Of a stretch of 64,000 bases of DNA, positions 18,890 through 29,315 are shown in pieces (the first letter of the stretch is position 1; each line of letters starts with the position of its first letter). The translations under genes and the position numbers were made by a program. Source of the DNA: Planctomycetota bacterium (GTDB taxonomy: Bacteria; Planctomycetota; Planctomycetia; Pirellulales; Lacipirellulaceae); assembly GCA_013152205.1 (NCBI GenBank), contig JAADGV010000108.1, forward strand, positions 7,127 through 71,126, given 5' to 3'. The notes under the pieces were generated by a model that worked only from the letters and a program-made list of their open reading frames with translations, was not told the origin of the DNA and made no database searches.

Positions 18890-20167
18890 ATGAAAATGAA
18901 CCGACAAAAAAATTTCCTGCACCATACTGGCCTGCTGATGGCCATCGTGATGGCATTTGCCAGCGGTTGCCAGAAATCCGCGCCCTCGCCAGAAAAAAAC
19001 GATGCGGCCATTAAGAAAGAAACGGCCAAGGTGCTGGTCGGGATTGTCCGTGAGAAGAAAATGCAACAGGTCATTGATCTGCCGGCAACGATTGAAAGCG
19101 ACGAGACCGCGTTGCTGATGGCTCGGGTCGAAGCCTATGTGGACGAGGTGTTGGTTGATATTGGCGACGAGGTGGAAGAGGGGCAGGTTTTAATTCAGCT
19201 CGAGGCGCCAGAACTCTTACACCAAGCAGCGGAACAGCGAGCGATGATCCGCCAACTATTGGCTGACGAAAAAGTGTTGCAAGCCGAGGCCGCGGCAGCA
19301 CGTACGCATCTCGACGTGGTGCGGGCAAAATTAAGACTACGAAATTCGGAGCGCGATCGGATTGCACGTTTGGTCAGCACGGGCGCTATCGAGCGTCAAC
19401 GCCTAGAAGAAGCCGAGTCCTCAGCACAATCGGTCACAGCAACGTTGGCGAAGTATACAAACGCAGTTCAAGTGGCTGAGGCGAAGCTGATAAAAAGTAA
19501 ATCTGAAGTGGAGGTCGTCGAGAGCAGACTACAAGCGGCGGAAGCTATGGTGGGATACCTAAGTATCCGAGCGCCGTTTGCTGGCGTTGTCGCTAAACGC
19601 AAGGTCGATCCCGGCAATTTGGTTCGTCCCACGAATCAAGGGAGTGGCCCGTTGTTGGTGATCGAAAAGATCGACAAGCTGCAAGCCATCGTACATGCCA
19701 CAACCGATGTGGCCGGTCAGTTGACCGTTGGTGTCCCCGTGACATTTGTGTCTGACGACTCACCAGATAATCCCATCCGAGCCAAGCTCTCGCGGACTGC
19801 CGGCGCGTACGACGAAAAAACCCGCATGATGCGAGCTGAAATTGATATCGACAATTCGCCCGACCCCGAGACAAACCGTAGACCGCTGCGGTCGGGCAGT
19901 TACGGTTCGGCGCTAATCGTACTACGCGAGGAGACCTTACCCGTTGTGCCCGAGTCGGCATTGCTGCATCGCAGTGGAGAAACTTTGGTGGTCGTCATCC
20001 GCAACGAGACGTGCCAATTGACGCCGGTCGAGATTGCGATCGAAAGCGACGGGTTAGTAGGAATTCGTTCGGGCGTTACCAACGGCGATCAGGTGGTTTT
20101 CGAGAAACCAGGAGCCATCCAGCCCGGCCAAACTCTCACCCGAAGCCAAATGGAGTTAGTACCCTAA
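18890..20167 (+). CDS. RND periplasmic adaptor (MFP), lipoprotein
   Basis: Lipobox ASGC; IRAPFAGVV...VDPGNLV; RMMRAEIDIDN. Start trimmed to exclude the repeat-derived extension. Confidence 0.93.
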   Translation: MKMNRQKNFLHHTGLLMAIVMAFASGCQKSAPSPEKNDAAIKKETAKVLVGIVREKKMQQVIDLPATIESDETALLMARVEAYVDEVLVDIGDEVEEGQVLIQLEAPELLHQAAEQRAMIRQLLADEKVLQAEAAAARTHLDVVRAKLRLRNSERDRIARLVSTGAIERQRLEEAESSAQSVTATLAKYTNAVQVAEAKLIKSKSEVEVVESRLQAAEAMVGYLSIRAPFAGVVAKRKVDPGNLVRPTNQGSGPLLVIEKIDKLQAIVHATTDVAGQLTVGVPVTFVSDDSPDNPIRAKLSRTAGAYDEKTRMMRAEIDIDNSPDPETNRRPLRSGSYGSALIVLREETLPVVPESALLHRSGETLVVVIRNETCQLTPVEIAIESDGLVGIRSGVTNGDQVVFEKPGAIQPGQTLTRSQMELVP

Positions 20168-20196
20168 ATCGGCACCCCCCCTGGCCGGACCACCCA

Positions 20197-20415
20197 GCCA
20201 CAACCAAATAGGTAGGAATTTCTCGCAAAGGCGCTAAGTCGCAAAGGAAACAAGAAAAAGGATTGTCTCGCAGAGGCGCAGAGACAGCAGAGAAAATCGG
20301 AATGTTGTAACTCTGCCGTCTCAGCGTCTCTGCGAGATCCAATTGCCATACGGAGCTGCGTGTGAGGGGCTTCAAAGTATCGATTCGTTTTTTGCGCCTT
20401 AGCGCCTTTGCGAGA
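20197..20415. repeat. Nested composite IR element
   Basis: Outer arms 20221-20245 and 20391-20415 (24/25); inner arms 20266-20292 and 20311-20337 (24/27); gccacaaccaaa leader. Confidence 0.9.
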
Positions 20416-20551
20416 GTCTAAATTTTCAGGTCCGATCATACAAAACCTTTTCTTGTCACATAAATTTGAATCGTTAGTAACACAAAGTAAACCAATTACC
20501 AAATCTCGCAGTCGCGTTTCACAAGTTTGTCCGATCAAGGAAGATCGAAGC

Positions 20552-22213
20552 ATGTTGAGCCAACACGCAATATTACGGCGGTTAACATTAGCCAGCATGA
20601 TGGTGGGCCTAACGGGTTGCATCTCAACCGGAACCCGAGTGACCGAGCAGAAAGATCCCTTCCTGCCAGCAAATCCCGCGGTTGTCTTGAAGAGTAAAGT
20701 AACCACGGAGCATGCACCGTTAGCGCAGCCAACCAAGGCAAAAGGTAGTGCGCAAGCAAACGAGACAAGCAACCAACCGCAAACAAAACTTGTCGCTTTC
20801 GAGGAAGTTCCGCATAGTGCAAATGCTGAGGAGCTTGTCACAAGCCCCATACCGATTCTGGCCTCTCCTTCAGAGATGGATATTTCAAGCGGAGTATTCC
20901 CGATCGACTTAGCCAACTCGCTGAGCCTCGGAGGGGCCGATAACCTGCAAGTCCGGATTGCCCGAACGCAATTATATCAAGCCCAGGCGAAGCATTTCGA
21001 GGCGAAAACCCTATGGTTGCCTTCGATACGAGTTGGGGTCGGCTACAACAAACACGATGGGCGACTGCAAGAGACCGAAGGTGGAGTCCTTGAGATAGGT
21101 CGCAATTCTCTGTTTTATGGAGGCGGGTTGGGATTAGGAGATGCGCCGTTGGCTGCCGGGGCAGGGGGGCCACCACGGATGTTCGTGAATCTCTCGATAG
21201 CCGATGCCTACTTCAAGCCTTTGGCAGCTAGCCAAGAAGTTGCCGCAAGTGGCGCTGCCGAACGGGTGGCAACAAACGATTCGTTGGCCCAGATTGCCAT
21301 CGGTTACCATAGCTTGGTCGAAGCGCACGGACTGTTGGCCAATGCAAACGCAGCTCGCGAAATGACCCAGGAAATGGTGGGGCTGGTCGAGAATTTCGAG
21401 CGAGAAGGCTTTAGCTCGAAAACTGAAGTCCACCGAGCAAGAACCGCCTTGGCAGATCGACGACGCGAAGTCTCCGACTTTCAACGAGAAACCGTAGTCC
21501 GAAGTGCCGAGCTTGCCCGTATCCTCCGATTGCCAGCGCAGGTTCAGCTTGTGCCGGTCGAGGAGTTTGTCTTGCCGGTTGATTTCGTAGACATGTCGAT
21601 GGAAACCGACGGGATGATCGCCGCCGCATGGCAAAGTCGCCCCGAGATTTCGCAGTTTGCCGCTCGACGCGAGGCGGCTTGTTTTCGTGTTCAAGAGGAA
21701 AAGTGGCGACCCTGGATTCCGAGCGTCCAGGTGGGGGCAAGTGCGGGCGGGTTCGGGGGCGGCCCCTCAACGCAGTTTCCCACGGCTGCAGGGCGTAGCG
21801 ATGTTGATTTGATCGCTGTCTGGGAATTGAAAAACATGGGCTTGGGCAACGTTGCTCTGCAACGGCAGCGCCGGGGGCAACTGCACGAGCGAGTGTTAGA
21901 TTTAGAAGCGATTCGAGATCGGATTGCTGCGGAGGTCGTGGCCGCTTCGGCCGACGTTGCCAGTTACCGTCAGCAGGTAGGGTTGGCTCGCGAAGCGATC
22001 GAGTCGGCCCAGGAAAGCTACCAATTGAACGAGCAGCGAATCCGCGCGAACGAAGGGCTCCCCATCGAGTTGCTGCAATCGATTTCTGCCTTGGCAGATG
22101 CACGCGATGCCTATACCGAAGCCGTAGCCAACTACAATCGGGCTCAATATCGCCTGATCCGAGCAATGGGCAACCCCGCCGACGCGCCTACCGAAACCGT
22201 GGCGAGCAAATAG
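20552..22213 (+). CDS. TolC family outer membrane efflux protein
   Basis: AAGGAAG RBS; lipobox LTGC; WLPSIRVG, SRPEI and YNRAQYRLIRAMG repeats. Confidence 0.9.
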   Translation: MLSQHAILRRLTLASMMVGLTGCISTGTRVTEQKDPFLPANPAVVLKSKVTTEHAPLAQPTKAKGSAQANETSNQPQTKLVAFEEVPHSANAEELVTSPIPILASPSEMDISSGVFPIDLANSLSLGGADNLQVRIARTQLYQAQAKHFEAKTLWLPSIRVGVGYNKHDGRLQETEGGVLEIGRNSLFYGGGLGLGDAPLAAGAGGPPRMFVNLSIADAYFKPLAASQEVAASGAAERVATNDSLAQIAIGYHSLVEAHGLLANANAAREMTQEMVGLVENFEREGFSSKTEVHRARTALADRRREVSDFQRETVVRSAELARILRLPAQVQLVPVEEFVLPVDFVDMSMETDGMIAAAWQSRPEISQFAARREAACFRVQEEKWRPWIPSVQVGASAGGFGGGPSTQFPTAAGRSDVDLIAVWELKNMGLGNVALQRQRRGQLHERVLDLEAIRDRIAAEVVAASADVASYRQQVGLAREAIESAQESYQLNEQRIRANEGLPIELLQSISALADARDAYTEAVANYNRAQYRLIRAMGNPADAPTETVASK

Positions 22214-22474
22214 CCGGACCGCCACGCGGTCGAAGGAGCCCCAGAGGCAAGTCTGCCTCCAGCTAGCACGCTGCTATCATATCCTGTTCGTCGTTGATTC
22301 AAGCAAGCTCACGCCCATAAGATCGATCCAACCCAAAATACTGCGCAAATAATACTAGAACATGGTGAAATCCCCTGGGGATAATAGGTATCTCGCGTTA
22401 GACTAAAGCTCTGTCAACTCGTTGCACCTGCAGCGATGACACGGGGCACAGAAAAGCTTGTTTCAAGGAACTTG

Positions 22475-23683
22475 ATGATGCGATTTCTTGCAAAATTGTT
22501 GCTGGTAGGGGTGTTCACGCTTACAGCACTGACCGCTGATCTGACGAAGGCGATAACGATTACTCTTGACTATTCGTACGACACGTCCAACTTTTTCGGC
22601 GCTGGCAACCCCGATGGCGCAGCAGCAGGAACTCAGGCTCGCAACTCGTTAGAAGCCGCTGCCGGTTTCTTTTCTGAAATACTCACCGACTCGTTTTCTT
22701 CGATTCAGACACCGGCAGATTATTATAGCGACGTTTTTAACGGGGTAGTCACATGGCAGTGGCAACTGAGCATCACCAACCCATCCAGTGGCGGAACCAC
22801 TACGCTCTACGACGAGACCATCGCCAGCGACGAGTACCGAATTTACGTGGGCGCCCGAAGCTTGTCGGGCAACACACTAGGTACCGGAGGACCAGGCGGC
22901 TGGGGTTGGTCGAGCAATCCTTCAGGGGAATTTACCCCGGTAGAGATTAACCAAATTGCTGCAATTTCAAGTGCTTTTTCTGATGACGTTTCAATGCGAG
23001 GAGAGCCTAGCGGGTTTGCTCGATGGGGCGGAGCGGTAGCGTTTGATAACGATGCCGGTACCAATTGGAATTACGATAATATATCACTACCCTCGGCTGG
23101 TGAAAGCGACTTTTACTCGGTCGCGATTCACGAACTCGGCCATGCTCTGGGGCTGGGGGCTTCTAACGATTGGAATAATTTGGTCAGCGACACTTCGTTT
23201 GTCGGAGCGGCCGCTAGTAGCGAGTATGGTGGCCCAGTGCCGCTGGATTGTAGCGGTTCCTGCTCGGGGCATTGGGCTGAAGGAACGACAAGCACTATCT
23301 TAGGGACTTCGCTATCGCAAGAAGCAGCGATGGACCCGACCGTGAGTTCGGGCAATCGAAAACGATTGACCGCTCTCGACGCTGCGGCCTTAACCGACAT
23401 TGGTTGGAGTGTAAGTACGCCAACGTATGCCCCGGCAGACTACGACTTCGACGGCGATGTCGACGACGCCGATTTTGCGTCGTTTGAAACTTGGTTTTCA
23501 GTGAATGGCAATGCCGACGCCGACGCCGATGGCGACACCGACGGAGCAGATTTTCTCATCTGGCAACAAAACTACACTGGAACGCTATCGCCCGCGACTG
23601 CCGCAGTCCCCGAGCCAAACACAGCCGCGCTGATGCTGCTGGGAGTTACTCTTTTTGCAAGCCGACGATTCCGGACCACATAG
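22475..23683 (+). CDS. Secreted zinc metalloprotease with dockerin-like Ca-binding repeats and PEP-CTERM tail
   Basis: HELGHALG, distal GHW and AMDP Met-turn; DxDxDG repeats; VPEP-TM-RR. Start reset to ATG 22475 after AAGGAA. Confidence 0.85.
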   Translation: MMRFLAKLLLVGVFTLTALTADLTKAITITLDYSYDTSNFFGAGNPDGAAAGTQARNSLEAAAGFFSEILTDSFSSIQTPADYYSDVFNGVVTWQWQLSITNPSSGGTTTLYDETIASDEYRIYVGARSLSGNTLGTGGPGGWGWSSNPSGEFTPVEINQIAAISSAFSDDVSMRGEPSGFARWGGAVAFDNDAGTNWNYDNISLPSAGESDFYSVAIHELGHALGLGASNDWNNLVSDTSFVGAAASSEYGGPVPLDCSGSCSGHWAEGTTSTILGTSLSQEAAMDPTVSSGNRKRLTALDAAALTDIGWSVSTPTYAPADYDFDGDVDDADFASFETWFSVNGNADADADGDTDGADFLIWQQNYTGTLSPATAAVPEPNTAALMLLGVTLFASRRFRTT

Positions 23684-23700
23684 CCCCGCCGTCTCGGTGG
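23679..23700 (+). repeat. CATAGCCC-type REP-like palindrome
   Basis: catagccccgccgtctcggtgg; its TAG is the protease stop codon; similar to the reverse-strand hairpin at 50540-50558. Confidence 0.7.
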
Positions 23701-23757
23701 AGCGGAACGCTCAAGTGTTCTTGGTGGCTATGCTTTTATAAGAAATGCTCTAGCCGA

Positions 23758-25341
23758 TTACGGCTGCTCAATTGACAGCCGATAACAAGCTGCCTCTTTG
23801 TCGTTACGGACCAACAGGTATTGGCCTGCCAGTGCGGGTGGATTCCAAGTTTTTCCGTTAAGCACAGAAAAGCGAGACAACTCGCGGTGTTCCTCTGGCG
23901 TAGGCTCCAGCAGAACCAAATCGCCACTCTCGGCCATCACAAGCAACAGGTCGCCAGCTTGGATTATCTGCCCGTGCCCATAACGGCCCCGCTTCCATTG
24001 TCGTTTGCCGCTGGCAAGGTCGAGGCAAACAAAGATGCCATCGTCTAGGCCATAGATATAGCCATCGTGAACGATGATGTTGGCGAACTTCGATTTCAGA
24101 CGTTTCGAATCCCATACCTGGCTGGCGGACCAGCTTCCTTGCGGATCTTGGCTCACTTGGACAAGCTGGCTGCCGGTGCCGTAGCCGCTAGAGATCAGCA
24201 CCCGATCATCGGAAAGAACAACCGGCATGACAATGTGTGGATGGCCCCCTCGCCAATCGTATCCCCAAAGAACTTCGCCCGTATTGACGTCGTGCGACTT
24301 CACGCCGGGGCCGTTGAAGATCAGCGTTTGAGAAACGCCATCGAGGGTGGCCAAGACCGGGGAACTGTGGCTAGCGCTATCATCACCCGCAGACCAAACC
24401 AAGCTGCCAGTTTCGACGTCGTAGGCCAACAGCGAGCGACCGCTATCCCCACCGGCACTGACAATCACTTTCCCCTCAGTTACCAACGGCGAGCAACTAA
24501 CTCCCCATCCCGGAGCGGAAGTCTCGTTTTCGATAATAATGTTTTTCGACCAAATCGTGGAGCCATCAGCCAGATCGAGGCAGTTCAGGATACCACTTGG
24601 TCCAAGAGTAAACACTCGCCCATCGACGATGGTTGGCACCGTGCGAGGCCCTTCGCCGGCAATGACCGATGCGTAATGCGATTCGTCGGCATGAGTCCAA
24701 ATCAAGTCGCCAGTTAGCAAATGGTAACAGGCAACCAGTTCGCTTTCGCCCCGTTGTTCCATCGTGATGGCGTACTGACCAACGACCGAAAATCCAGACC
24801 AAGCCGCCCCGATCGGCTGACGCCACAAAAGCTCGGGTGGCTGGGCCTCCCAGTCGCGCGCTAGCTGTGGCCCCGACAACTTACTGGTTCGGTTGGGGCC
24901 AGAAATCTGGGGATAGTCATTCGACGACTCCACCGGCATCGGCAAACCCTGAGGCTCGATCGTCGGCTGTTCGAGGGCCAATAGTTGCGAAGTTGTTTTC
25001 GTCCAACGCCATTCGATCACCGGCAACATATCCCCAGTGACGCCGCGGATTTCTAGGGTGGCTGCCAAAGTGCCGACCAAGCCAACAACTCCCCCGCAGA
25101 AGAGCAACCGCCGCTTCCAAGGCATGCGGGAAAGCAGCAACACCCAAAGAACCAACAAAATGAGTGTCGCAAGAATCAAGATCGTGGTTTGCAGATTTTG
25201 GGTCTGACGATGAACGTCTTGGAATCGCCAAATATAAACCCAAAATCCGGAAGCGAGCGAAACAATAACCACGACCGGCCACCAGCGAATAGCTGGCCGC
25301 TGCTGCACTTGCGTTTCTGTCTGCGTATCGGGGGTACTCAT
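23758..25341 (-). CDS. Membrane-anchored PQQ-binding-like beta-propeller protein
   Basis: Three N-terminal TMs; YPQISGPNR, LLWRQPIG, CLDLADG..W and SSPV repeats. Confidence 0.88.
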   Translation of the reverse strand: MSTPDTQTETQVQQRPAIRWWPVVVIVSLASGFWVYIWRFQDVHRQTQNLQTTILILATLILLVLWVLLLSRMPWKRRLLFCGGVVGLVGTLAATLEIRGVTGDMLPVIEWRWTKTTSQLLALEQPTIEPQGLPMPVESSNDYPQISGPNRTSKLSGPQLARDWEAQPPELLWRQPIGAAWSGFSVVGQYAITMEQRGESELVACYHLLTGDLIWTHADESHYASVIAGEGPRTVPTIVDGRVFTLGPSGILNCLDLADGSTIWSKNIIIENETSAPGWGVSCSPLVTEGKVIVSAGGDSGRSLLAYDVETGSLVWSAGDDSASHSSPVLATLDGVSQTLIFNGPGVKSHDVNTGEVLWGYDWRGGHPHIVMPVVLSDDRVLISSGYGTGSQLVQVSQDPQGSWSASQVWDSKRLKSKFANIIVHDGYIYGLDDGIFVCLDLASGKRQWKRGRYGHGQIIQAGDLLLVMAESGDLVLLEPTPEEHRELSRFSVLNGKTWNPPALAGQYLLVRNDKEAACYRLSIEQP

Positions 25342-25514
25342 CTAGATTCCTCAGTTCCACGTTTCAGGCGAGACGATAGACCTCTACTGAGGTATGCGCC
25401 AGGAAAGTGACAGGCCGACCAACGGGAGTGCCGGATTTTGCGAGTGAATGCTAAGGCCATGCAAAGTTCCTGATGCACACATCAATAATCCCGTCGGCCA
25501 CGATGGTCTGTACC

Positions 25515-27497
25515 CTAACGCTTCGCCACATACTCACGCAACTCCCCCAACTCACGTTCATACCCGCCCGAGAGAATAGGAAATCGACACCAAGTCTTCG
25601 GGTCGAGATTCCCATCATCAAGATGAAACGAAGGGGCGTAGCGTTCGCGCTTCCATTGATTGCGAGACCAGAGCCGAAAGAATCGTTCGACCCAACCGCC
25701 AAGCTGTTCGTCACTGAAATCGGTGAACTGGGGACGTACCGCCTCAAAAACCTCGACCGGCAACAGGCGGTCGCGTATCGCCGCACGCTCGATGGCATCG
25801 AGTACGCGGTACGGCATCAGGTCGCCTTCATCCGTTTGGCTTTGCTCCTGAGGCCGAAGTTCCGCAGTAGGCTGCTGAGCATTCACTGCCGACAAGGCCG
25901 GCACGGGCCCGATACGGGCAGGGCCGATGTTTTCCATCCATCGTAGCCATTCGAGCAAGAACGCTTTGTCGATGCCAGCAATCGGCGAGAGCCCGCCGCA
26001 AGTATCGCCATCCATCGTGGCATAGCCGACGGCCGCCTCGCTCCGATTGCTGGTCGCCAACAGCAACGAACCGCTGAGGTTGGCCAACAGCCACGCACCC
26101 GGGCCGCGCGCCCGAGCTTGGATGTTTTGCAGAGCAATATCATCCGTTTCCCAAGTCAGACTGCGTTCGACCGCTTGCGAGACCGTGTCGACATAAGCAT
26201 CGACCATCGCGTCGACATTCCACTCAAAAAACCGGGCACCGAGGGCCTGGGCAACGCCACAAGCCGCATCGCGTGTGACCTTGCTGCTCTGGCGAGTCGA
26301 TTGATAAACGCAAGTGAGCAACTCGCGTAGAAGGGCCGGCTTATCACGAGCGGTCTGCGCTCCCGAAATATGCGAAATCTTCTCGACGAAATCCCGCTGC
26401 CCCACTTCGGCAGTCCCCAATTCAACCATAAGCCAAACCATCGTAGCAACCGTCGCCGAGTCGGCTCCGCCGCTTAGCGAAACCACAAAGCCACCCACCC
26501 GACTTTTACGCAAATAGTCGTACAGCGCTAAAGGCACCGCCCGAGCAAATTCTTCTTCTTTCGGTGGTGGCGAAGTATCCCACTTCGGAGGCTTGGCCTG
26601 TGCACTGGCTTTGCTGGGAGAGGGAAACGAAAAATCATGCTCAACAGTTGCCCCGCCAGATGGTGGTCGAAGCTTGGCATCATTCGCCCGATCTTGCCGA
26701 GTGGCTACGGGGTCGATGTCCGCGGTCGTCAAGATACGGTCGGCGTAAGAAAACCGCGGCCCCACAGCAAGCATTTCACCACGGCTGGCAATCAGCGTGC
26801 CGCCATCGTAGATCGCCCGGCCCGATTCGTTGCCCAATAAATTGGTATAAGCGTAGCTCACATGAAATGAGCCAGAACCCTCAATCACAAAGTCTCTGCG
26901 GATTTCTTGTTTGGCAAAGGCAAAGTGGCTGGCGCTGGGGTTCAGGATAATGTCGGCACCACGAGCAGCCAAGTTGGCGCCAGGGCGATTTTCCACCCAG
27001 GCGTCGCGGCAGATTTCCATGCCAATAATTGTGCCGCCACAATCAAAAAGCAAGTCGCCAACAGGGTAGGGGCGGCCATCGATTTGTACTTCGCGAACAT
27101 CACCCGCATCCCAAGGATGAAACCAGCGAGGTTCGTAGTGAATGCCATCCCCCGCAAGGTGCTGCTTGCCAACAAAGCCCAGCAGGTGACCATCACACAC
27201 AAAAGCAGCCACATTGTAGAGCTTTCCATCCACCAGCAGCGGCAAGCCCAAGGCCACGGCCATGCCACGGGTTTCAGGAACGATTTCTCCCAAAAGCTGA
27301 ATGGCCGTCTGTTGCACACCGGCGGAGAGAAACGCATCTTCGCAACCATAGCCACTGATACACATCTCTGGCAGGCAGAGGATCGAGGCTTCCGCTTCGC
27401 GTGCTTCGCCAATGGCTGCCAAGATATTCTCGCGGTTGGAATCCCAAGCGAGCGGCGTCTGATTGAGGCTAGCAGCGGCAAGGCGGATGGTAGGCAT
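25515..27497 (-). CDS. nadE: Glutamine-dependent NAD+ synthetase
   Basis: Nitrilase domain (LPEMCISGY, K, EIC) plus SLSGGADS, NIQAR, PTAELR, RWKR..P. Confidence 0.93.
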   Translation of the reverse strand: MPTIRLAAASLNQTPLAWDSNRENILAAIGEAREAEASILCLPEMCISGYGCEDAFLSAGVQQTAIQLLGEIVPETRGMAVALGLPLLVDGKLYNVAAFVCDGHLLGFVGKQHLAGDGIHYEPRWFHPWDAGDVREVQIDGRPYPVGDLLFDCGGTIIGMEICRDAWVENRPGANLAARGADIILNPSASHFAFAKQEIRRDFVIEGSGSFHVSYAYTNLLGNESGRAIYDGGTLIASRGEMLAVGPRFSYADRILTTADIDPVATRQDRANDAKLRPPSGGATVEHDFSFPSPSKASAQAKPPKWDTSPPPKEEEFARAVPLALYDYLRKSRVGGFVVSLSGGADSATVATMVWLMVELGTAEVGQRDFVEKISHISGAQTARDKPALLRELLTCVYQSTRQSSKVTRDAACGVAQALGARFFEWNVDAMVDAYVDTVSQAVERSLTWETDDIALQNIQARARGPGAWLLANLSGSLLLATSNRSEAAVGYATMDGDTCGGLSPIAGIDKAFLLEWLRWMENIGPARIGPVPALSAVNAQQPTAELRPQEQSQTDEGDLMPYRVLDAIERAAIRDRLLPVEVFEAVRPQFTDFSDEQLGGWVERFFRLWSRNQWKRERYAPSFHLDDGNLDPKTWCRFPILSGGYERELGELREYVAKR

Positions 27498-27539
27498 GTG
27501 TAAAATATAAACGCTGGCACATGGAAACGGGAAGACGGC

Positions 27540-28760
27540 CTATTCGATCGAGCCGGTTTGCTGTAGCAACAATCTGAGGGCATTCAACGCCTGTTTGGCT
27601 GTCCTAGGCCGAACAATCGCAGGATGAGCGATACACGGGAACCGCAGCTTTCGCGTTCGCTCTGACAGAGCCACCGCCACGGCAACTTGTGCGCCGGGGC
27701 CATCGAAATCTGGTGGGTAGGCAGCGATTGCAAGCCCGATGTCGGCACCGGTCGATTGCCGGATTGCTTCGGCTAACGCAACAGCCATCGCCGGATCGTG
27801 TGGCGGCGCATCCGTTTGCAGCATGCTTCGGTTGACTTCGCCTTTGATAAATTGCGAGGTATTCTCGCACGCCCGTTCTAGCCACTCGGCGACAAGCCCC
27901 TCGGTTGCCCAATCAGCGACACCAATTGTCAGGCCATGCAGAGCAAGCAAACCGGCGACCGCATCTTCCAGTTCGTCATCTTCCTCACCAAACACCAAAT
28001 CGCCAAGCGACTCACGGATCGTAGCAACCGTAGGTTCGATTGCAGTAAAGCAAGCCGGCTCATCCTTGCCTGTGGCAGTGATACGCAACGTGATCGTTGC
28101 GTCGCTCACCGTGATACCAACACGAGGTTCGCGCCCCCGGCGGATCAGGTCGGGCAGCATCGCCTCCATCTTGCTTTCGCCTACGCCAAAACACTTGATG
28201 CGGCGGTGCCGAATGACAACCGGCTCGGGTTGCAACTGCACAATACGCGGAGCAACCGTCGCCTCCCACATTTCAAACATTTCAGCCGGAACACCAGGAA
28301 GAGCAAACAGCGTGCAGAGCTTGCCCCCTTTGCGCTCGACCGACATCTCGATGCCAGGGGCAGTGCCATGAGGGTTTGGAATCGGCCGTGCCCCAGCAGG
28401 AAAATCCGCCTGCACCTCGTTCCGAGCAGGCATACTACGGCCATGCCGGGTGAACAGTTGACGTATGTACTCCAGCGATTCGCCGTCACGCACAAGCTGC
28501 GTATTGGTGGCTGCTGCGAGGGCCTCGCGGGTGAGGTCGTCGGCAGTAGGGCCTAGCCCACCGGTCACGACAACGATTTCAGCCCGTTCGATCGCCGCAC
28601 GAAACGCAGCAACATTGTCGTCGAGATCGTCACCAATCGTGGTATGAAACGCGACCGGAACGCCCAACTCCGTCAAACGCTGACTCAGCCATTGGCTATT
28701 CGTGTCGAGCCGTTGCCCGGTGGTAAGTTCGTCGCCAATCGCTATTACTTCTGCACGCAT
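27540..28760 (-). CDS. cinA: CinA family protein (COG1058 domain plus degenerate PncC domain)
   Basis: IAIGDEL..G...DTNSQWL, GDD, TGGLGPTADDLT, LPGVPAEM; C-terminal domain lacks AESCTGG. Confidence 0.88.
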   Translation of the reverse strand: MRAEVIAIGDELTTGQRLDTNSQWLSQRLTELGVPVAFHTTIGDDLDDNVAAFRAAIERAEIVVVTGGLGPTADDLTREALAAATNTQLVRDGESLEYIRQLFTRHGRSMPARNEVQADFPAGARPIPNPHGTAPGIEMSVERKGGKLCTLFALPGVPAEMFEMWEATVAPRIVQLQPEPVVIRHRRIKCFGVGESKMEAMLPDLIRRGREPRVGITVSDATITLRITATGKDEPACFTAIEPTVATIRESLGDLVFGEEDDELEDAVAGLLALHGLTIGVADWATEGLVAEWLERACENTSQFIKGEVNRSMLQTDAPPHDPAMAVALAEAIRQSTGADIGLAIAAYPPDFDGPGAQVAVAVALSERTRKLRFPCIAHPAIVRPRTAKQALNALRLLLQQTGSIE

Positions 28761-28841
28761 ACCCCGAAGTTTGGGCCAAGAGAGCCGAAAAGGGAAGGGC
28801 TACTTGGCAAGGGCGCCCCCCAAACACACAATCTCCCCCCC

Positions 28842-28864
28842 CATAGCCCGGCCATCCTGGCCGG
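28842..28864 (+). repeat. CATAGCCCGGCC REP-like palindrome
   Basis: catagcccggccatcctggccgg; copies at 45620 and 46958. Confidence 0.8.
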
Positions 28865-29315
28865 AAACAAAAGCAACGCCACGATCCGAACCCACCGCTA
28901 TTCAACAACCATGCTCCCTACCTACTTGCTTATTAGCGATCATTCGCGAAATTCGCGGGCAAAAAAAGAGGGGGGATAGACGACGTAAGCAAAACTCACC
29001 CCGGCCAAATTTTATAGTGGAATCGAAACCCCATTTCCACGATAATACCGGCTACACCCGCTCTAAGCACCGATCATTACCAAATCGTAAATCAACAATC
29101 AAACATCAAACATTTCACATCAAAAATGACAAAACTACTCCCTTCCGCACTACGATTTCAGCATTCCAAGCTCAGTTTTGTCCGCCTCAATGGGGCTCCC
29201 CAGCGATTCGTGCCAAAACTCACCCGCCGTACACTAGAATTACAGCACTTTGCAACATAGTTTGGTCCACTTTGTGCCATCCCGCCTGCCGAAACCCTAC
29301 TTGAGGTCGCTATCG

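Noticed and set aside
20164-20916. 250-aa antisense ORF
   Set aside because: It shadows tolC and the nested repeat and has no recognisable domain.
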